A stretch of 49,036 nucleotides of DNA, counting the filler, from Sphacelaria rigidula (Eukaryota), in assembly GCA_964200075.2 (NCBI GenBank). It is 3 parts of 3 records of this genome, joined end to end, with 100 filler letters (N's around TTAATTAATTAA, not from the genome) between each part and the next. Parts side by side here need not be neighbours in the genome. Positions count along the whole stretch, not along the records: positions 16,384 to 32,663 come from CAXNAA020001412.1; positions 32,764 to 49,036 come from CAXNAA020001413.1; 1 more part is not named here. The stretch is one strand, 5' to 3'. The notes under the pieces were generated by a model. It was not told the DNA's origin, ran no database searches, and was given only the letters and a program-made list of their open reading frames with translations. Positions 25,801 through 37,800 of the stretch are shown here, one piece after another (position 1 is the first letter of the stretch; the number at the start of each line of letters is the position of its first letter). Position numbers and translations under genes: made by a program.

Positions 25801-28131
25801 CATGCGGTTCCTCTGAATAGGGTTACAGACACGACGGGGAAAACGTTTGAAAGGAAAAGCAAGCCACATGTCGCATTTTTTTTTGCCTACGGCGGCGAGG
25901 CCCCCTCACCGGCCGGACCGGGTACAGTGAAGGAGAGGTGAAGCCGATTAGTGGGATAACATCGATTATCTGGCCGCTGGTGCGATCGGTTGAAAATTAA
26001 CTAGCCAGATCCGCCAGTTCACCGCCCTAAGAGTAAATCTACCATGACACACGTATGGCGAGAATATCCGCCGTGCCGCCGCCACCCCCACCCCTCGATG
26101 CCCCCCTAACCCCCGGCCCAACGGAGAAGCCAAACCAATGCTACTCCAGCTTCAGGCAAAAGTACGGTGTGTCACTTTCATGTATTGTGCACAGGGGATG
26201 ATTCGAATGTTGCATGCTGGAGAGGTGGAACGGTTACGTTTTTTCAGGGTTGTGTTCTGTGAGGTACGGGTATGTTCGGTAAGGGTATGAAATTTCTTGA
26301 AGAACTTACAGAACTGTCGAGTACCGGTATGGAGATCTTGAACAACTTACAGAACTGTTGGGTATCAGTCTTACAGGACTTACAAAACCTATCGGGTATG
26401 GTATGGAGCTTGCACAGAAACCCTTAGGCGCCGCCGCATACTTCCACAGGGCATACCAGTGTCCCGGGTAAGGGTAGACATTTCGTGCAGATCTCACAGA
26501 ACTATCAGGTACCGGTATGGGAAGCTTACAAAACTCAAATGACCATCGGGAATAGGTATGGAAAGCTTGCAGAATTCGCAAAACCTGCCGGGTTTCAATA
26601 CCGGGGTGAATACCCCGGGTAAACGAAGAATCGTACCATGCATAACTACATAATAAACTTAAAATATTCCGAAACCATGATCCGAGACACCATGGTTTTC
26701 GCGTATAGTTGGGTTTGGGTTTGGTTTTGATATTTCTTCCCACTAGAATTCCTCTGAGGGCGGCTGAAGAGGGAAAAATTCGAAGGGTGGGTCGTTGAGG
26801 GTACGAGTACTTTTTGGTAGGTTTTCACAACCTACAGAGCTGTCGAGTGCCGTAATGGCAGTCTTGCAGAACTTACAGAACCTGTCGGATACGGTACGAG
26901 GTTGCATAGGAGCCCTTGACCGCAACCGGGTATTTCTACAAGTATATACCCCTGCCCCGCGTAAGGGTAAACATATTCGTACAGATCTCACAGAACTATC
27001 AGGTACCGGTATGGGGAGCTTACAGAACTCACAGAACTGTTAGATACGGGTAATACCGGGGTAACTACCCCGGGTGAACAAAGAATGATACCCTACAGAA
27101 CATAACGTCGCTTATTTCTAACATCATGTGAAAGTTGGTCAATAGGTGAGATTGGTGATGAATATTTTGAAAGTATCCGTTCGCCGGCACATCTTTTCAA
27201 TCTTCTCAGAAGAAGCGCGACGGAGAGAGCTCGGAAAATACACCATTTCCCTACAGCTGCCCTTAAAAATAGCCAAGTACCCAAGAAAAAAATGCACCAT
27301 CTCCCCGCAGCTACACTTTCAAATACTCAATCTATTTCCGTCCCCCCGAAAAAAACAGCGGTGTAGTGAAAACTAACGGGTTTTGAAAATGTTCCCCAAC
27401 AAGCGAGTGAGGCATACCCGCGTGCTGCATAAAACGGTCAGTCGGTACCAACCTCTCTTGCGTACCAACTCGAAGGCTTGTGGCTTGATTTACATATTTC
27501 AGTACCCTTGCAGAAAATCGCTTTGCTCAACGATCAAATGTTGAAAGCAATGATTTTTCTCCACGAGTGTGCCGGCTGTTTGAACGGTAAACATGCCACT
27601 CACCAGTGTCCCCCCCCGAATAGCACTTGTACTTTTTGGCAGGTCGAAAGCTTCGATACAAGAAATAGCGAGCGTTGTCCAGCTGCGGATCCCGTGGGAA
27701 GTAGACATACTACATCCCGTGGCTACTCCGTTGTGTTTACCACTAGACACCTCAAGCAATGGCCCAATTGTGCAGGATCTCTGACCAACGAGCGCGTGTG
27801 GCGTTCCCCCAGAGTGATCGTTTTCCGATGCTGACGGTAATGTAGCTCGTGTCTCACGGTGGCTCGCGTCAGGTGATAAAATGCCGTGGTATCGTCTTGC
27901 TTCGCTTGTTGTAAACGCTGGCAACGGTTCGTGTGGAGGCTTTTGCTTTTGGGATATCTTTACACATGGTCCTGATGCAACACCCCTCAGCATTACGTCA
28001 TCTTCGTCTTTGTCGACAGCCACGTTTCCGTCGTCCTCGGCAAAATGATGTGTTTGCCGGTCACGGCTTTCAACGACAGCAGGTGTTGCATTGGTAACAT
28101 CAGGTGTCAAACTCATGGGGGTGGTGCTCAT
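16806..28131 (-). CDS. Large multi-C2-domain protein (at least 8 C2 repeats, ~1600 aa so far, 3'-incomplete); exons 28131-27604, 24858-24712, 24265-24128, 23712-23404, 23168-22950, 22525-20436, 20134-19921, 19517-19366, 19008-18895, 18102-17436, 17003-16806
   Basis: All junctions are phase-compatible and rebuild C2 motifs across introns: LAISCIEAFDLPK..GGTL|DPYF, GLLLE|VWDKNPIKDELIG, LTCIE|VCDLP, GIVTE|VWRENP, FSCLTAHDLP..QDPYVKL, LELWNSNSVQDDLVG, GILRVFLVEAREL..DPY, MDKDLLG, GTLYLWLKEGRNL, GALEVFLIRASEL. Includes the 709-aa ORF. The start codon and exon 19008-18895 are tentative. Confidence 0.88.
18281..18650 (+). mobile_element. tRNA-derived SINE (older copy), antisense in an intron of the C2 gene
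   Basis: Colinear over ~370 nt with 44039-44400. Decayed A box TGGCCCAATCGG and B box GGCTTGAATCC; CA-rich tail. Confidence 0.88.
26247..27107. mobile_element. Two adjacent copies (~26247-26646 and ~26790-27107) of a TIR-bounded MITE-like repeat with internal CTTACAGAACT/CCGGTATGG units
   Basis: Outer ends GGGTTGTGTTCTGTGAGGTAC and ATACCCTACAGAACATAAC are inverted. The block CATTTCGTGCAGATCTCACAGAACTATCAGGTACCGGTATGG recurs near-identically (~26479 and ~26972). Confidence 0.75.
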
Positions 28132-29190
28132 GCTTGCTTTTTCCCAGCACGAAGTTCTTGGCTGCACTCACAGTCCACCGCAGAGGCTTTCCACTCTTTT
28201 TTATCGGATTGGTCTGCAGCATACCCTCGCAGTACTGGTACTTGACCCGTATTGTCCGATGTCCGATCTTCTCAAAATCTTGATCCTCACCATTATACCC
28301 CCGAATCCACTCCCACATACGTACATCATGCACTAGTAATGGGTATTTCCGGCGGTATCTTTCCCGAGGATGCGAAGTAATACCAGTCGTCCGCGGGATG
28401 CAGAAGTCTCCCCTTTCGAGAGGCTGACACACGCAGGGCAACCGCAACCTTTATCCCAACTCGAGAGAAAGAAAGTTATACCACTGTACCTATGACCGGT
28501 TCGTTCCTGCTGACCCCATTTCAAGCATTCCTGCTGGCCCCATTTCAAGGTGAAGCAACATACTGCTGCAGCACTAGACAACAGTAGGTGTCAATTTCGC
28601 CGCGTCTATGTTCCCGCTCAAAACCGTTTTGACTACTTGCGGCGCAATTGCGTGCTCCTGAAGTCCTGAAGTGCTATAGGACTGTACGAGTACTGTACCA
28701 AGTGGGGGTACAGTGCGTTTATAGATGGACACGAAAAAATCGCATCGGAAATTTCGAGGACTACGGTAGGTTATCTGCTAGAGACAAACAAATGAGTCTG
28801 CCCGGCATCAAGCATTCATTATTGTATAGTAATAATGGTTGAGCTAGTATTTTCAGCCGCGATTCATCCTAGCGTGTGGGCTGGGTTCTCTCTTGGGATC
28901 GTCGTGGCGCTATACCTACTTTGGATTGCTCAGGTGCGATGAGTGGTGCATATCAGGTGTGAACAAAGAAGGGTCCTTCTAGCGTACGAGGATGCATGAT
29001 CAATGCGATATATCGTCGCTCTTCACGCCGTGGGAGAACAGCAATTATTAGTGTAGCTGAGGCGAGATTTGGAAAGGCGCGCGCACACAGCTTGCGGGCC
29101 TGTTGCTGTCGTCTCGCCCACCCGCTCCGTTTACAGTACAGTCAGAACATGACACAACAGTGGACCGCTACACTGTTCCACAACACAGAA

Positions 29191-30658
29191 CGAGCTGGGT
29201 CAGCCTAAAGACGGACTTAAGCTCTCTAAAAGCGATATCTCATCGACATAGACGAGTTGGCCCATGATTCGCATATCGTATTACTCGTCTAATTAAGGGG
29301 AAGGTGCCCATCTGCTCAAAAATCTGGGCCAGTTTTTCTCGTCGAATAAACCGCATGTCTAGTAATTCCTATACCGTACGGAGATAGCGTCCGCATCTAT
29401 ATGAAACTTCGAACGATGCATTTAGCGGATGATGACGATTTTTGGTGTGGACTTACCCTGGAGCACGGGGAGACGATAGATACCCTCACCTTCACCCGAT
29501 GCAAAATCTTCCTCGAGATATGGCGCGCACAAGTTTCCATACTAAAACCAATATATTACGAGCAGAGGCACTAGATGCCCTAAATATGGATATCGCGTCT
29601 CAGTTTTTGAGAGTTGTGCGTGAAATTTGGTATAAAGAACCGCTAGTGCATTATAAACTTGAAAAAAAGACGTTTTTTTTTTCTCATTTTTTTCTTCATT
29701 TTTTTCGTGTTTTTAGGGGAGTTTTGAGGAGAAATGGACATTGCTCTTGAGCCTTATCTCAATTTTGAAGCTCAATTTTCGGATTTTGATTTGAAACTTA
29801 GGATGGAGAACGACAGATGTATGCCGAAAAAAAAGAAAAAAAGCCTTCTTTTTTTTTGTGGGAGAGGTTCGGGCGTTCTCGTAAAAAAATGATCGTTACC
29901 ATACTAAAACGCCCTAAACCAGCGAAAAAATCAAAACCAACCTGATCCATTTTTCTTGGTGCATCATGACCTAGCGAGGTCCCACACAAAGTTCCAAAAC
30001 ACAAACGACACTTTCTACGATACCACCCCCCCCATATAGTGCATGATTTTGGGTGGCAATATCTTCTCGTAAATCGAAATGGGAAGAACCAAATACAACG
30101 AGCAGCTGGGAATTCCCACGCTTGGGTTCGTTCCAGCCAATGTCCCCAATATGAGGCGCTTCATGCAGCCTGATCCAAACATCAGGCGCTATATGGCAAT
30201 TTTTTTCGTGACCCTTTTGGGCTAGTCTTGGGGGGGGGCTATCTTAGAGTGTCAAACACCAAACGTGGGCCGATACACGGCCTGCAAAATACTGTTCCGA
30301 AGTTTCGTCGACCCGGTTTTTTGAACGCGAATTCGCATTTTTTTTACTTAGAGTTGGACGGTGAAATTTGGCATGCGGACAATCAACAGGGGATGTTAAA
30401 AAGCTGTCTGTGGGGTCCCGAAGTTTTTTTTTGTTTTTTTCATGAGTTCATGGCAATACTCAGTTTGGAGGTCTTATTAAAATGCCCTTTTAGTAAAATG
30501 CCCTTAACTCATGAAAAAAGAAAAACTTCGGGACCCCACGGACAGCTTTTCTCCATGCCCTGTTGATTGTCCATACCAAATTTCACTGTCCAATTCCAAG
30601 CAAAAAATTGCGAATTCGCGTTCAAACTACAAATCCGCTTCTAGGCTGGCCCAGCCTG
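29191..30658 (+). mobile_element. Full-length non-autonomous TIR DNA transposon (~1.47 kb including a nested insert), ~28-bp TIRs, probable TA TSD
   Basis: Left end CGAGCTGGGTCAGCCTAAAGACGGACTT; right end AAATCCGCTTCTAGGCTGGCCCAGCCTG|TA. A paralog lies at 10242-11330 and is preceded by TA. Confidence 0.88.
30007..30253. mobile_element. Nested 247-bp MITE with GACACT... TIRs and a 4-bp TSD (AAAC)
   Basis: AAAC|GACACTTTCTACGATACCACCCCCCC ... GGGGGGGGGCTATCTTAGAGTGTC|AAAC. The paralogous host copy has a single AAAC at ~11069 (CCACAAACACCAAACG). Confidence 0.88.
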
Positions 30659-31054
30659 TAGCCGTCGCAGGAGCTGTTGGCATCGCATATGCATATGTGT
30701 ATGATGTCCGGAGCTGTGGTATACTTTGATTGTACCGTAATTAGCCCCACTACTCACGCTCAGATTCGCTGCTGCAGGAAATGTGGAGATGACCGCCGGG
30801 GCACATAACCTACGCAACGTCCGTCTTGCAGTGATGCAGCGATAACCCCCTTACAAACCAGCCCCAAAACTGTCACGAGAAAAATAGCCATACAGCGCAT
30901 GTTGGCTAGGTTTCAGACTTCAAAGAGTCCCTCACATGAGCGACAGTGGCGAAAACGATCCTAGGCATGAGAGTTCTCAGCTGGTCGGTGTGCTGGGCTT
31001 TTGTCATTTTGGTTTACATTTAGATTTTGCCTCCTCAAACCAGCCACTTCCTTT

Positions 31055-31154
31055 GGGGCGTGCTCATTTGTTGCTTGTCTTAGTCGTTTGATCATGGACC
31101 ACGCATCCCTTTCGAGATGGAGCACTTCCCTTGGGGGGGGGGGGGGGGGGGGGG
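31055..31154 (-). mobile_element. Short 3' tail of the poly-C LINE family, with ~22 C at its 5' side and CCCC at its 3' side
   Basis: Reverse complement reads C(n)AAGGGAAGTGCTCCATCTCGAAAGGGATGCGTGG...GCAACAAATGAGCACGCCCC. Confidence 0.85.
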
Positions 31155-31337
31155 CTCTTGCAGCATCACTCCGTGATGTACCCAAAGTGCAAAAGCTGCG
31201 CCTCGCCACCATTGTTGCTTTCGTCAAAATTTCTTCAAAATTACAGTTGTTGATTTATTCACAACGGAGACGGGAGCATGCTGTGCTCAGACAGGGCTTG
31301 TAGATATACGCAAACCAACTTTTGGTAGCAAATGTTT

Positions 31338-32495
31338 CAGGGCTCTTTACGTCACACGTTACACGTCACGTCACAAGTGTGAGGTCTTGATAATAATACA
31401 TCACGTCACGTCACACTTGGTGCCGTCTTAAAAACAATACGTCACATCACGTCACAATTGTAAAACGCCACGTCACATCACGCCACACTTGTGACGTTCA
31501 TACGTCACGTCACGTCACGGTGACGCATTTTGAAACGCTTATCTGTGACGTGTGACGCAAAAAACGTTACGTTTGTGACGTGTGACGCCACTTGTAACGT
31601 TACACTTTTACCGCGTTGAGGGCAACTGAAAGCCACGAATGAGGTGGTAACGTTTCATGTAACGTAACTTGGTACGGGAGGTTTACGGTGGTTGCCTTGT
31701 CCGAGCATGAGGCGCGTTCTGATCGATTCCTGACATTGCAACGACGCTTCTCAGCAAGTGGATTGTTCATGCACCCCTGACTCTCACGTTGCACACCCAA
31801 AGAAATGCATGAATGCATTATTGATGCACGAGAATAAGATAGCGAGATACTAAGATGCGCGTAGGCCCCATGTTGTATACGTACACACGCAAGTATGTAC
31901 AGATCATACGCTGGTGATACCTGCTTGTCGGTTGGCATTTCGTAGGACATCAAAGCATGGCATTCCGATTCTGTTTCGTTAAAATTGATGGCTACCCAGC
32001 AGGGCGTGTATGTATGCAGATCTATTTTTGTCCTACTACTGTACACCTGAATTGATGATCCGCTACGAATATTCAGCCGCACTCGCAGGGCGGAAGTGAT
32101 AGAGGTAGAAACACATGATTATTCATTATGCCAAAAAGAGAGACAAAAACTTACACAAAACCGCTCGAAAAGAGAAACACAGCAGAAAAACAGGGAAAAA
32201 AAACAACACTTACAGAAGAAAACAAAAAGAACAAACCAGAACCAAATATTGTAAATCAACACAACAGTAGCACATCAGTACGAGTAGAACCACCGAATAT
32301 GTCGACGAGTTCACAAGCTCGTTTTACCCTCCGCATCTCTTAAAAGTCGCAAAGTCTCTAATTTCTTCGTATCTCTGACTTTGCTACAATAATATTGACA
32401 TCGATAAGTAAAGAGACGTCACAGTACGTCACAACGTTGTGACGTGACATTTGCGGCGCGTAAAAAACGTGCGACGTGTAACGTCACGCGAGGAC
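31338..32495. mobile_element. Probable non-autonomous DNA transposon (hAT-like) with GTCAC/GTGAC subterminal arrays
   Basis: Starts CAGGGCTC followed by more than 15 GTCAC/GTGAC motifs (31350-31600). A second cluster lies at 32415-32490, with GACGTGTAACGT inverted relative to the left end. The right TIR is degenerate and no TSD was found. Confidence 0.5.
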
Positions 32496-32663
32496 CTCGA
32501 CCGCCCAGATGCTGAGAATGTAGGCAAGGACACGAGCGGTCAAGTGTTGGCGCGGAACGTGACGAAGCAGAACGGCCAGAGGCTGCGCGCCCCCCTGCTG
32601 CTGCATTAGCCTGGTCCGGCGAAAACCCGGCGTGCTCCGTCCCGGCTTTGTAGGGGCGGATCC

Positions 32664-32763
32664 NNNNNNNNNNNNNNNNNNNNNNNNNNNNNNNNNNNNN
32701 NNNNNNNTTAATTAATTAANNNNNNNNNNNNNNNNNNNNNNNNNNNNNNNNNNNNNNNNNNNN
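32664..32763. other. Scaffold gap with artificial linker N44-TTAATTAATTAA-N44
   Basis: Directly visible. Confidence 0.98.
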
Positions 32764-32843
32764 TCATTTGTTGCTTGCCTTGGTCGTTTGACCATTGACC
32801 ACGCATCCCTTTCGAGACGGAGCAATTCTTGGGGGGGGGGGGG
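32764..32843 (-). mobile_element. Short 3' tail of the poly-C LINE family; 3' end cut by the gap
   Basis: TCATTTGTTGCTTGCCTTGGTCGTTTGACC...GAGACGGAGCA followed by a G14 run. Confidence 0.85.
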
Positions 32844-34059
32844 TCGTAGCAACCAATTATCGGTCGATTCTTTCCGAAAGATATTGTTTTACAAGTGATG
32901 GACACTTCCGTTAAGAACCCGCCTCAATGTGAGTCGATTCGACTATTTATTTTAAAATCAATCAAATTAAACGACAAGATCTACATGAGCGGTGAGAAAG
33001 TATGTTGCTCTATTATTTATCTCTTCTTGTTGTACAAAGTGAAGAGCGATGCAACCACGCTGCTACCCATCACTACCCCGAGTGCGAGCACGCTGAAGGC
33101 TAATGATGATGCGGGTCAAAGCCAGCAAGACTGGAACGGACTTCTCCCTAACTACATGTCGATGCTAAATGATCTTTTGGATTCCCGGTATAGCATGAAC
33201 TATGACAAGAAGTCAGTGCAAGTGTAAATGAACAGCGCCGTGTAGTGCTGACATAACGGCTATATGAAAGGTGACACGCCTCACGTTTTTCTCTCGACAA
33301 AATACATCACCCAAATAAATGAACCCTTTGCCCTGCAGCATCGTTTCGGAGTACTATCACCGGCTGATGGTCCAGGGGTTTCATTATTTTTGAGTTTGGG
33401 GCATGGGGTTCCCCGATCGTCAGAGTGCTTCCCAGATCAACCATACGTGTTTCCAGGAACGCTCTAGTCAGGGCAACAGGCCTGATTGCGGGCGGAGTGA
33501 CCTCATTCTGATACACTGACTGGTGTAATGCTCCCCTAATGTGACAAGCGTTGTTTCTTCTGTTGCTGCCAACGAGGCTACTTGATCAGCCACCCTGCCC
33601 ATCAACAGCGCAACTGGCGACGACGAACCACCACGCTCGGGCACCTCCATCTCGATGATGCCTTCTCGCCAACCACTTGGGTTATCTATAGTACTCCCAA
33701 GCCGAGAATAGCTCTCATTGAAATGAGGCATAATCTAAGGAGATACGAAACGTGTTTTGACTACATAGGGTAGTGCGCGACGAAAACAAAGTGAAAAGCT
33801 TGAACAAAAAGGGCGCGGTGCACTTTGAAGACATTGTCGCCTTAAACATCGGACACGGTTGAGGGCCCGTGCAGACATCACCGACTTCGCTTATATGACA
33901 GGGAAAGTGTTCAGACAGGAGCAAGTTCGCGGAAAACTCGCCATGTTGCCCGATGAATCTATTTCATAGCGAACATCGCGAAGCCAGCACACCTCCAATA
34001 ATGGTTGACTGAAACCACGACGGTTCAATATAGGGCTTAAGTTATCGTGCAGCGTGCAG

Positions 34060-34300
34060 TCTCATTGATCCCATGTCCGGGCTGGAAATCCACCCGAAGT
34101 ATCATGTCCACGTGGAGACATCCATAGGGAATCCTGATTTCCATCGGAGACATGGGAGCCCATCTGGGATGTCTATACCCCAGATCGATGTCCATGTCCC
34201 AGATCGGCATCCCATGGATATCCACGACTCAGGAGGGTATCTCCATCGCAGGACGACCTCACGGGTGGGCGTCCATACCCCAGATGGGTATGTGTCTGAT
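34060..34300. repeat. Degenerate minisatellite-like region (TCCAT / CCCCAGATGG motifs in both orientations)
   Basis: Recurrent ATGTCCA, CCCAGAT and CCCATCTGGG motifs. Confidence 0.5.
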
Positions 34301-34324
34301 GACCGTACATCTAGGTAAAAGATG

Positions 34325-34860
34325 AACTATCCTTGAAAGTCCGGCTGCTTAAAGCGGAGGTGGCGGATGCTCTGTCGTACGGATGTGCCACATGGACGTT
34401 ACATTCCGAGGACTTCTACGGTCTGCGAATTGCTCATCACAAGCTTTTGCGGCGAGTTGTTGGGCTCTGCAGGAAATATCGAAATGCCCACAAGACTCTA
34501 TTGTGTAAAACGGTGCTCGAGATAATCAACTGAGAACGTAGCGAGAGGACTATCCGCAAACGTCAACCATGGTTCGGGGAAGCACTTGTCCCGCAGAAGG
34601 AAACACGCCCTCCCAAATGCATCATGAATGGACGGTTAACCACCATGGAGGCTGGTCGCCCCCCCAAAAAACCTTGGGAGGAAAACCTCCAGGAGAACCT
34701 ATGCGCACTAGGGGCTGTTCCGCACAAAGGAGCACGGCGGAAATAGTTCATCTACGGTGTGGAGATTAACGACGCATACGACTGGGTCACTGCGGCGAAG
34801 GACGTGGGCGAGTGGCATATCGGAGTCGAAAAAGGAGCGGGAGAGTTTACAATCGTAGAA
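34325..34860 (+). mobile_element. Decayed RTE-like LINE, C-terminal ORF2 fragment (3' UTR possibly extends to ~35420)
   Basis: LKVRLLKAEVADALSYGCATWTL...AHHKLLRRVVG...ERTIRKRQPWFG...DWVTAAKDVGEWHIGVEKGA. Homologous to the 3990-4440 part of the other RTE copy; contains stops and frameshifts. Confidence 0.9.
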
Positions 34861-37800
34861 TCCTGTCTGCCCCAACCGGTTGTTGAACGTTTCCTTGGTC
34901 GGTGGTTCTGCGGTGTCCCCTGGTCTGTGATTGTATCTGCTCTACTGTTGTGACTTTCTTGGGCTTCACCACTTCTGTAGTCTACTTCTCTGCTCTCCAA
35001 TCCCCCATCTTCCTTTTTTTTGTATGCGTTCCTTCCCGCGGGTGTATGTCAGAGGGGTTTTGATGCCACGCTTCCGTAGGGTCCTTGAGTGAGAGGTTTC
35101 ATATCCAAAAGAACAAGGTCGTAGTATAGATTAGCCGCATCTTTTCCCACGGCCTTTTATTTTCTACGATTCGTTATGCGTGTGGTCTCTGCGCAAGACC
35201 TTTTCCACAGAAGCCATGTGGCAGAGGCCGCCCGTGTCTATTTTTTTCTATTTTTTGTAATGTCTTTTTTTTCAATCATTTTCTTAGTCTTCTCTGTTGG
35301 CCTGTTCTACCTTTTACCGTCTCAATTTTCTCCAGCGACTGATTGGGTTTTGTTTTTGTCTCGCGAATGTATATCATGTGACCATGGCTGGATCCCGGAG
35401 GGACCAGTTAATGTGTGACGAAGTCAATCACCGAGATGGAAGTTGCAAGATGGAAACGCAAGACCGTGGCTGCAGGCATTCACAGTGTTCGCCTTTACGT
35501 GCATGCAACATGTACTTCCATCGCGCCCAACCGTCGTTCTGATGGTGGACGCGGGGCATGGGGTCTGCGTTGTCTCCCCCCATGAAGCGCGCCAACTACA
35601 GAGCGACGTATCCACGCACATGACGAGGCGATTTGGTTGCCCATAGCACACGCTCATTATTGTTATGTCCAGTCCCTTCGCGGAAACACAGCGCAATCAC
35701 AGGCGATGTAGATTTGATAGCCATTATCTACGTGTTCCTGGGCATGTACCTAGTCTGTATTGCGGTAATGCCAGCCTGGGTACTATCGTATCATTCCATG
35801 GGTGCACCGCCCCCCACCCCACGGCCGAAACACAGGCAACACAGGTGATTTCCCGGGGATCATGTCAGCGCCTGCCTCGATATAACCCGACACGAGACAA
35901 CACATTCAATACCAAAATGAGCTGAAGCACAATAGTACAGGTCGACGTACTCTCAGCACGATGTGCAGCGCCGTCTATTGGGATTTGTGACTCGTGTGTA
36001 GACATTCAGGATGCCGTAGTGTCTACTTCATGTAGCAAGCAGAACGTGTGTTATCAGACTGAAACCCCCCAGCAAAGCAAGCGTTCAGAAACAGCATGCT
36101 GATTGGTCGACATGACAAGACACCAATCAGGATGCTGCTTTTGGGGACTTGCTTTGCTCTTTTTGCTATCTACTCCGGAGTATTTTCCAAGCCCAAAAGG
36201 AACAACAGCAGGTAATTTCCGCCGCGTATTTTTGTAGTTAGCCAATCAAGAATGAGGCCAGGTGCCGTTTAGACGTGTTGAAATGGCACAAAGTACGCAC
36301 GGTTCGCGGCGGGATCACGCCGCCTCGATTTAGTGATAATTGGACGAAGGGGAAGAGAAAGCAACGCACGGCCATACATTACACAACCAGAGGCGACCGA
36401 AAGCATTCAACAGATAGAGACTGCTTGCTTTGGCGATACGAGAGGCCGTAGGCGACGTACGAGGTGAGCTTATCCTGTTTGCTCTTGTGGACGCTTCTGG
36501 GATTGGAGCGATCCAGCGATTTTATCTGCGGCCCGGGCGTGATCGAAGAAATTAACATACTTTCCAACGGCAGGCAGGATCGACTCTCGCCGCGCGACCG
36601 GCCGCTTGTGGCTTGTTATAGGGTGTGTTACATGGTTTGTGGGGAAGGGAGGAGATTTTGGAAGCGTGTGGTACTTTGTAGTTGGCGTTGACTTGACTTC
36701 GCGGTTGACAAAATCGTTTGCGGACGGGTGGTTTACTGCACACCCGATGAATGTACCGGGTAAGTACAGCATCATCTTGGCGGCAAGCGTGCTTATTTGT
36801 TGCTCATTACGTATGCTTCGGTTCGGGTCTCCGCTGCTTGGAACCAAGCAAAGAGTAGTCCTTGTTTCAAGAAAATACGGCTAGTTCATTACGCTTGGAC
36901 AGACGGTACGTTGCGGGCGCGCGCGGCAGATACCACCACAGTGCGTGTCTACACCGCGACGCCGCCCGCTCAGCCATGCTACTTACGCCGCTGTGCTCAT
37001 GTATTGGTGTGTTCGAACTTTGTCGTTATAGAAGACAGCACGTTCCCGGCGCCCAAAACACGATACAGCGCTCTTCGTGCATGTCTTTACTGTGCTTTTG
37101 GCTGCGATCGGGTGGCTTATTAGATCGGTGTTTAGTTTTAAGCGAACTCGCTCGGTGGGGCCGTAGACCGTGTGGCTGCCGCTGTGTTTTCTGCGCCTTC
37201 AACCCTTACCCCTGTCTGGTGAACAACAACGAGACATACGTGTGTGCTGGTGCCAGGTGATGGTTGTGGCTCCAAAACGTAAGGCCGCACGCACTCGCTG
37301 TGTGTGTTGTTATCGGGTCGCCCTTTCGCCGCATGCAGTTCCAACAGTTCATGTGTTGGAACGCTTGCCACCGCTTTCAGTGGTTCCGGTTCAAGTTATC
37401 GTCTTGCATCTCGCAATCGCCACAGTCAGCCGCCATCTCTTCTAGCGCTGTTACCGGATGTATTCTCGCGAAAGAGTGGATGTACGTTTTTTTTGCATGG
37501 CGCCCGCACATGTAACAACGAATTCTATTGCCCAAGGGTGGTCGGCCAAAAGCACGGACGGTATGATTTATTCACCTCTGCCGAGACTGGTGTCGAACAA
37601 GCCTGAAAACAAATCTTCGGTAGGATCGGCGCACGGTGACAAAAAGTCTGAGGGTGATACGCGATTTTGCGCCGCTTTGACTTTACATCTGATGATATCT
37701 CGGACGAAAAGGGTTTTCTCAGGGAGGGCACTCGAAAAGACCATGCACAACGCATACACAATCATATTCACCTCGCATCTTGTACGTCTACACATTGCGG

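Noticed and set aside
26280-27060. CRISPR-like repeat-spacer array
   Set aside because: Units are degenerate, irregularly spaced and lack unique spacers. Eukaryotic context with no cas genes; explained as MITE internal repeats.
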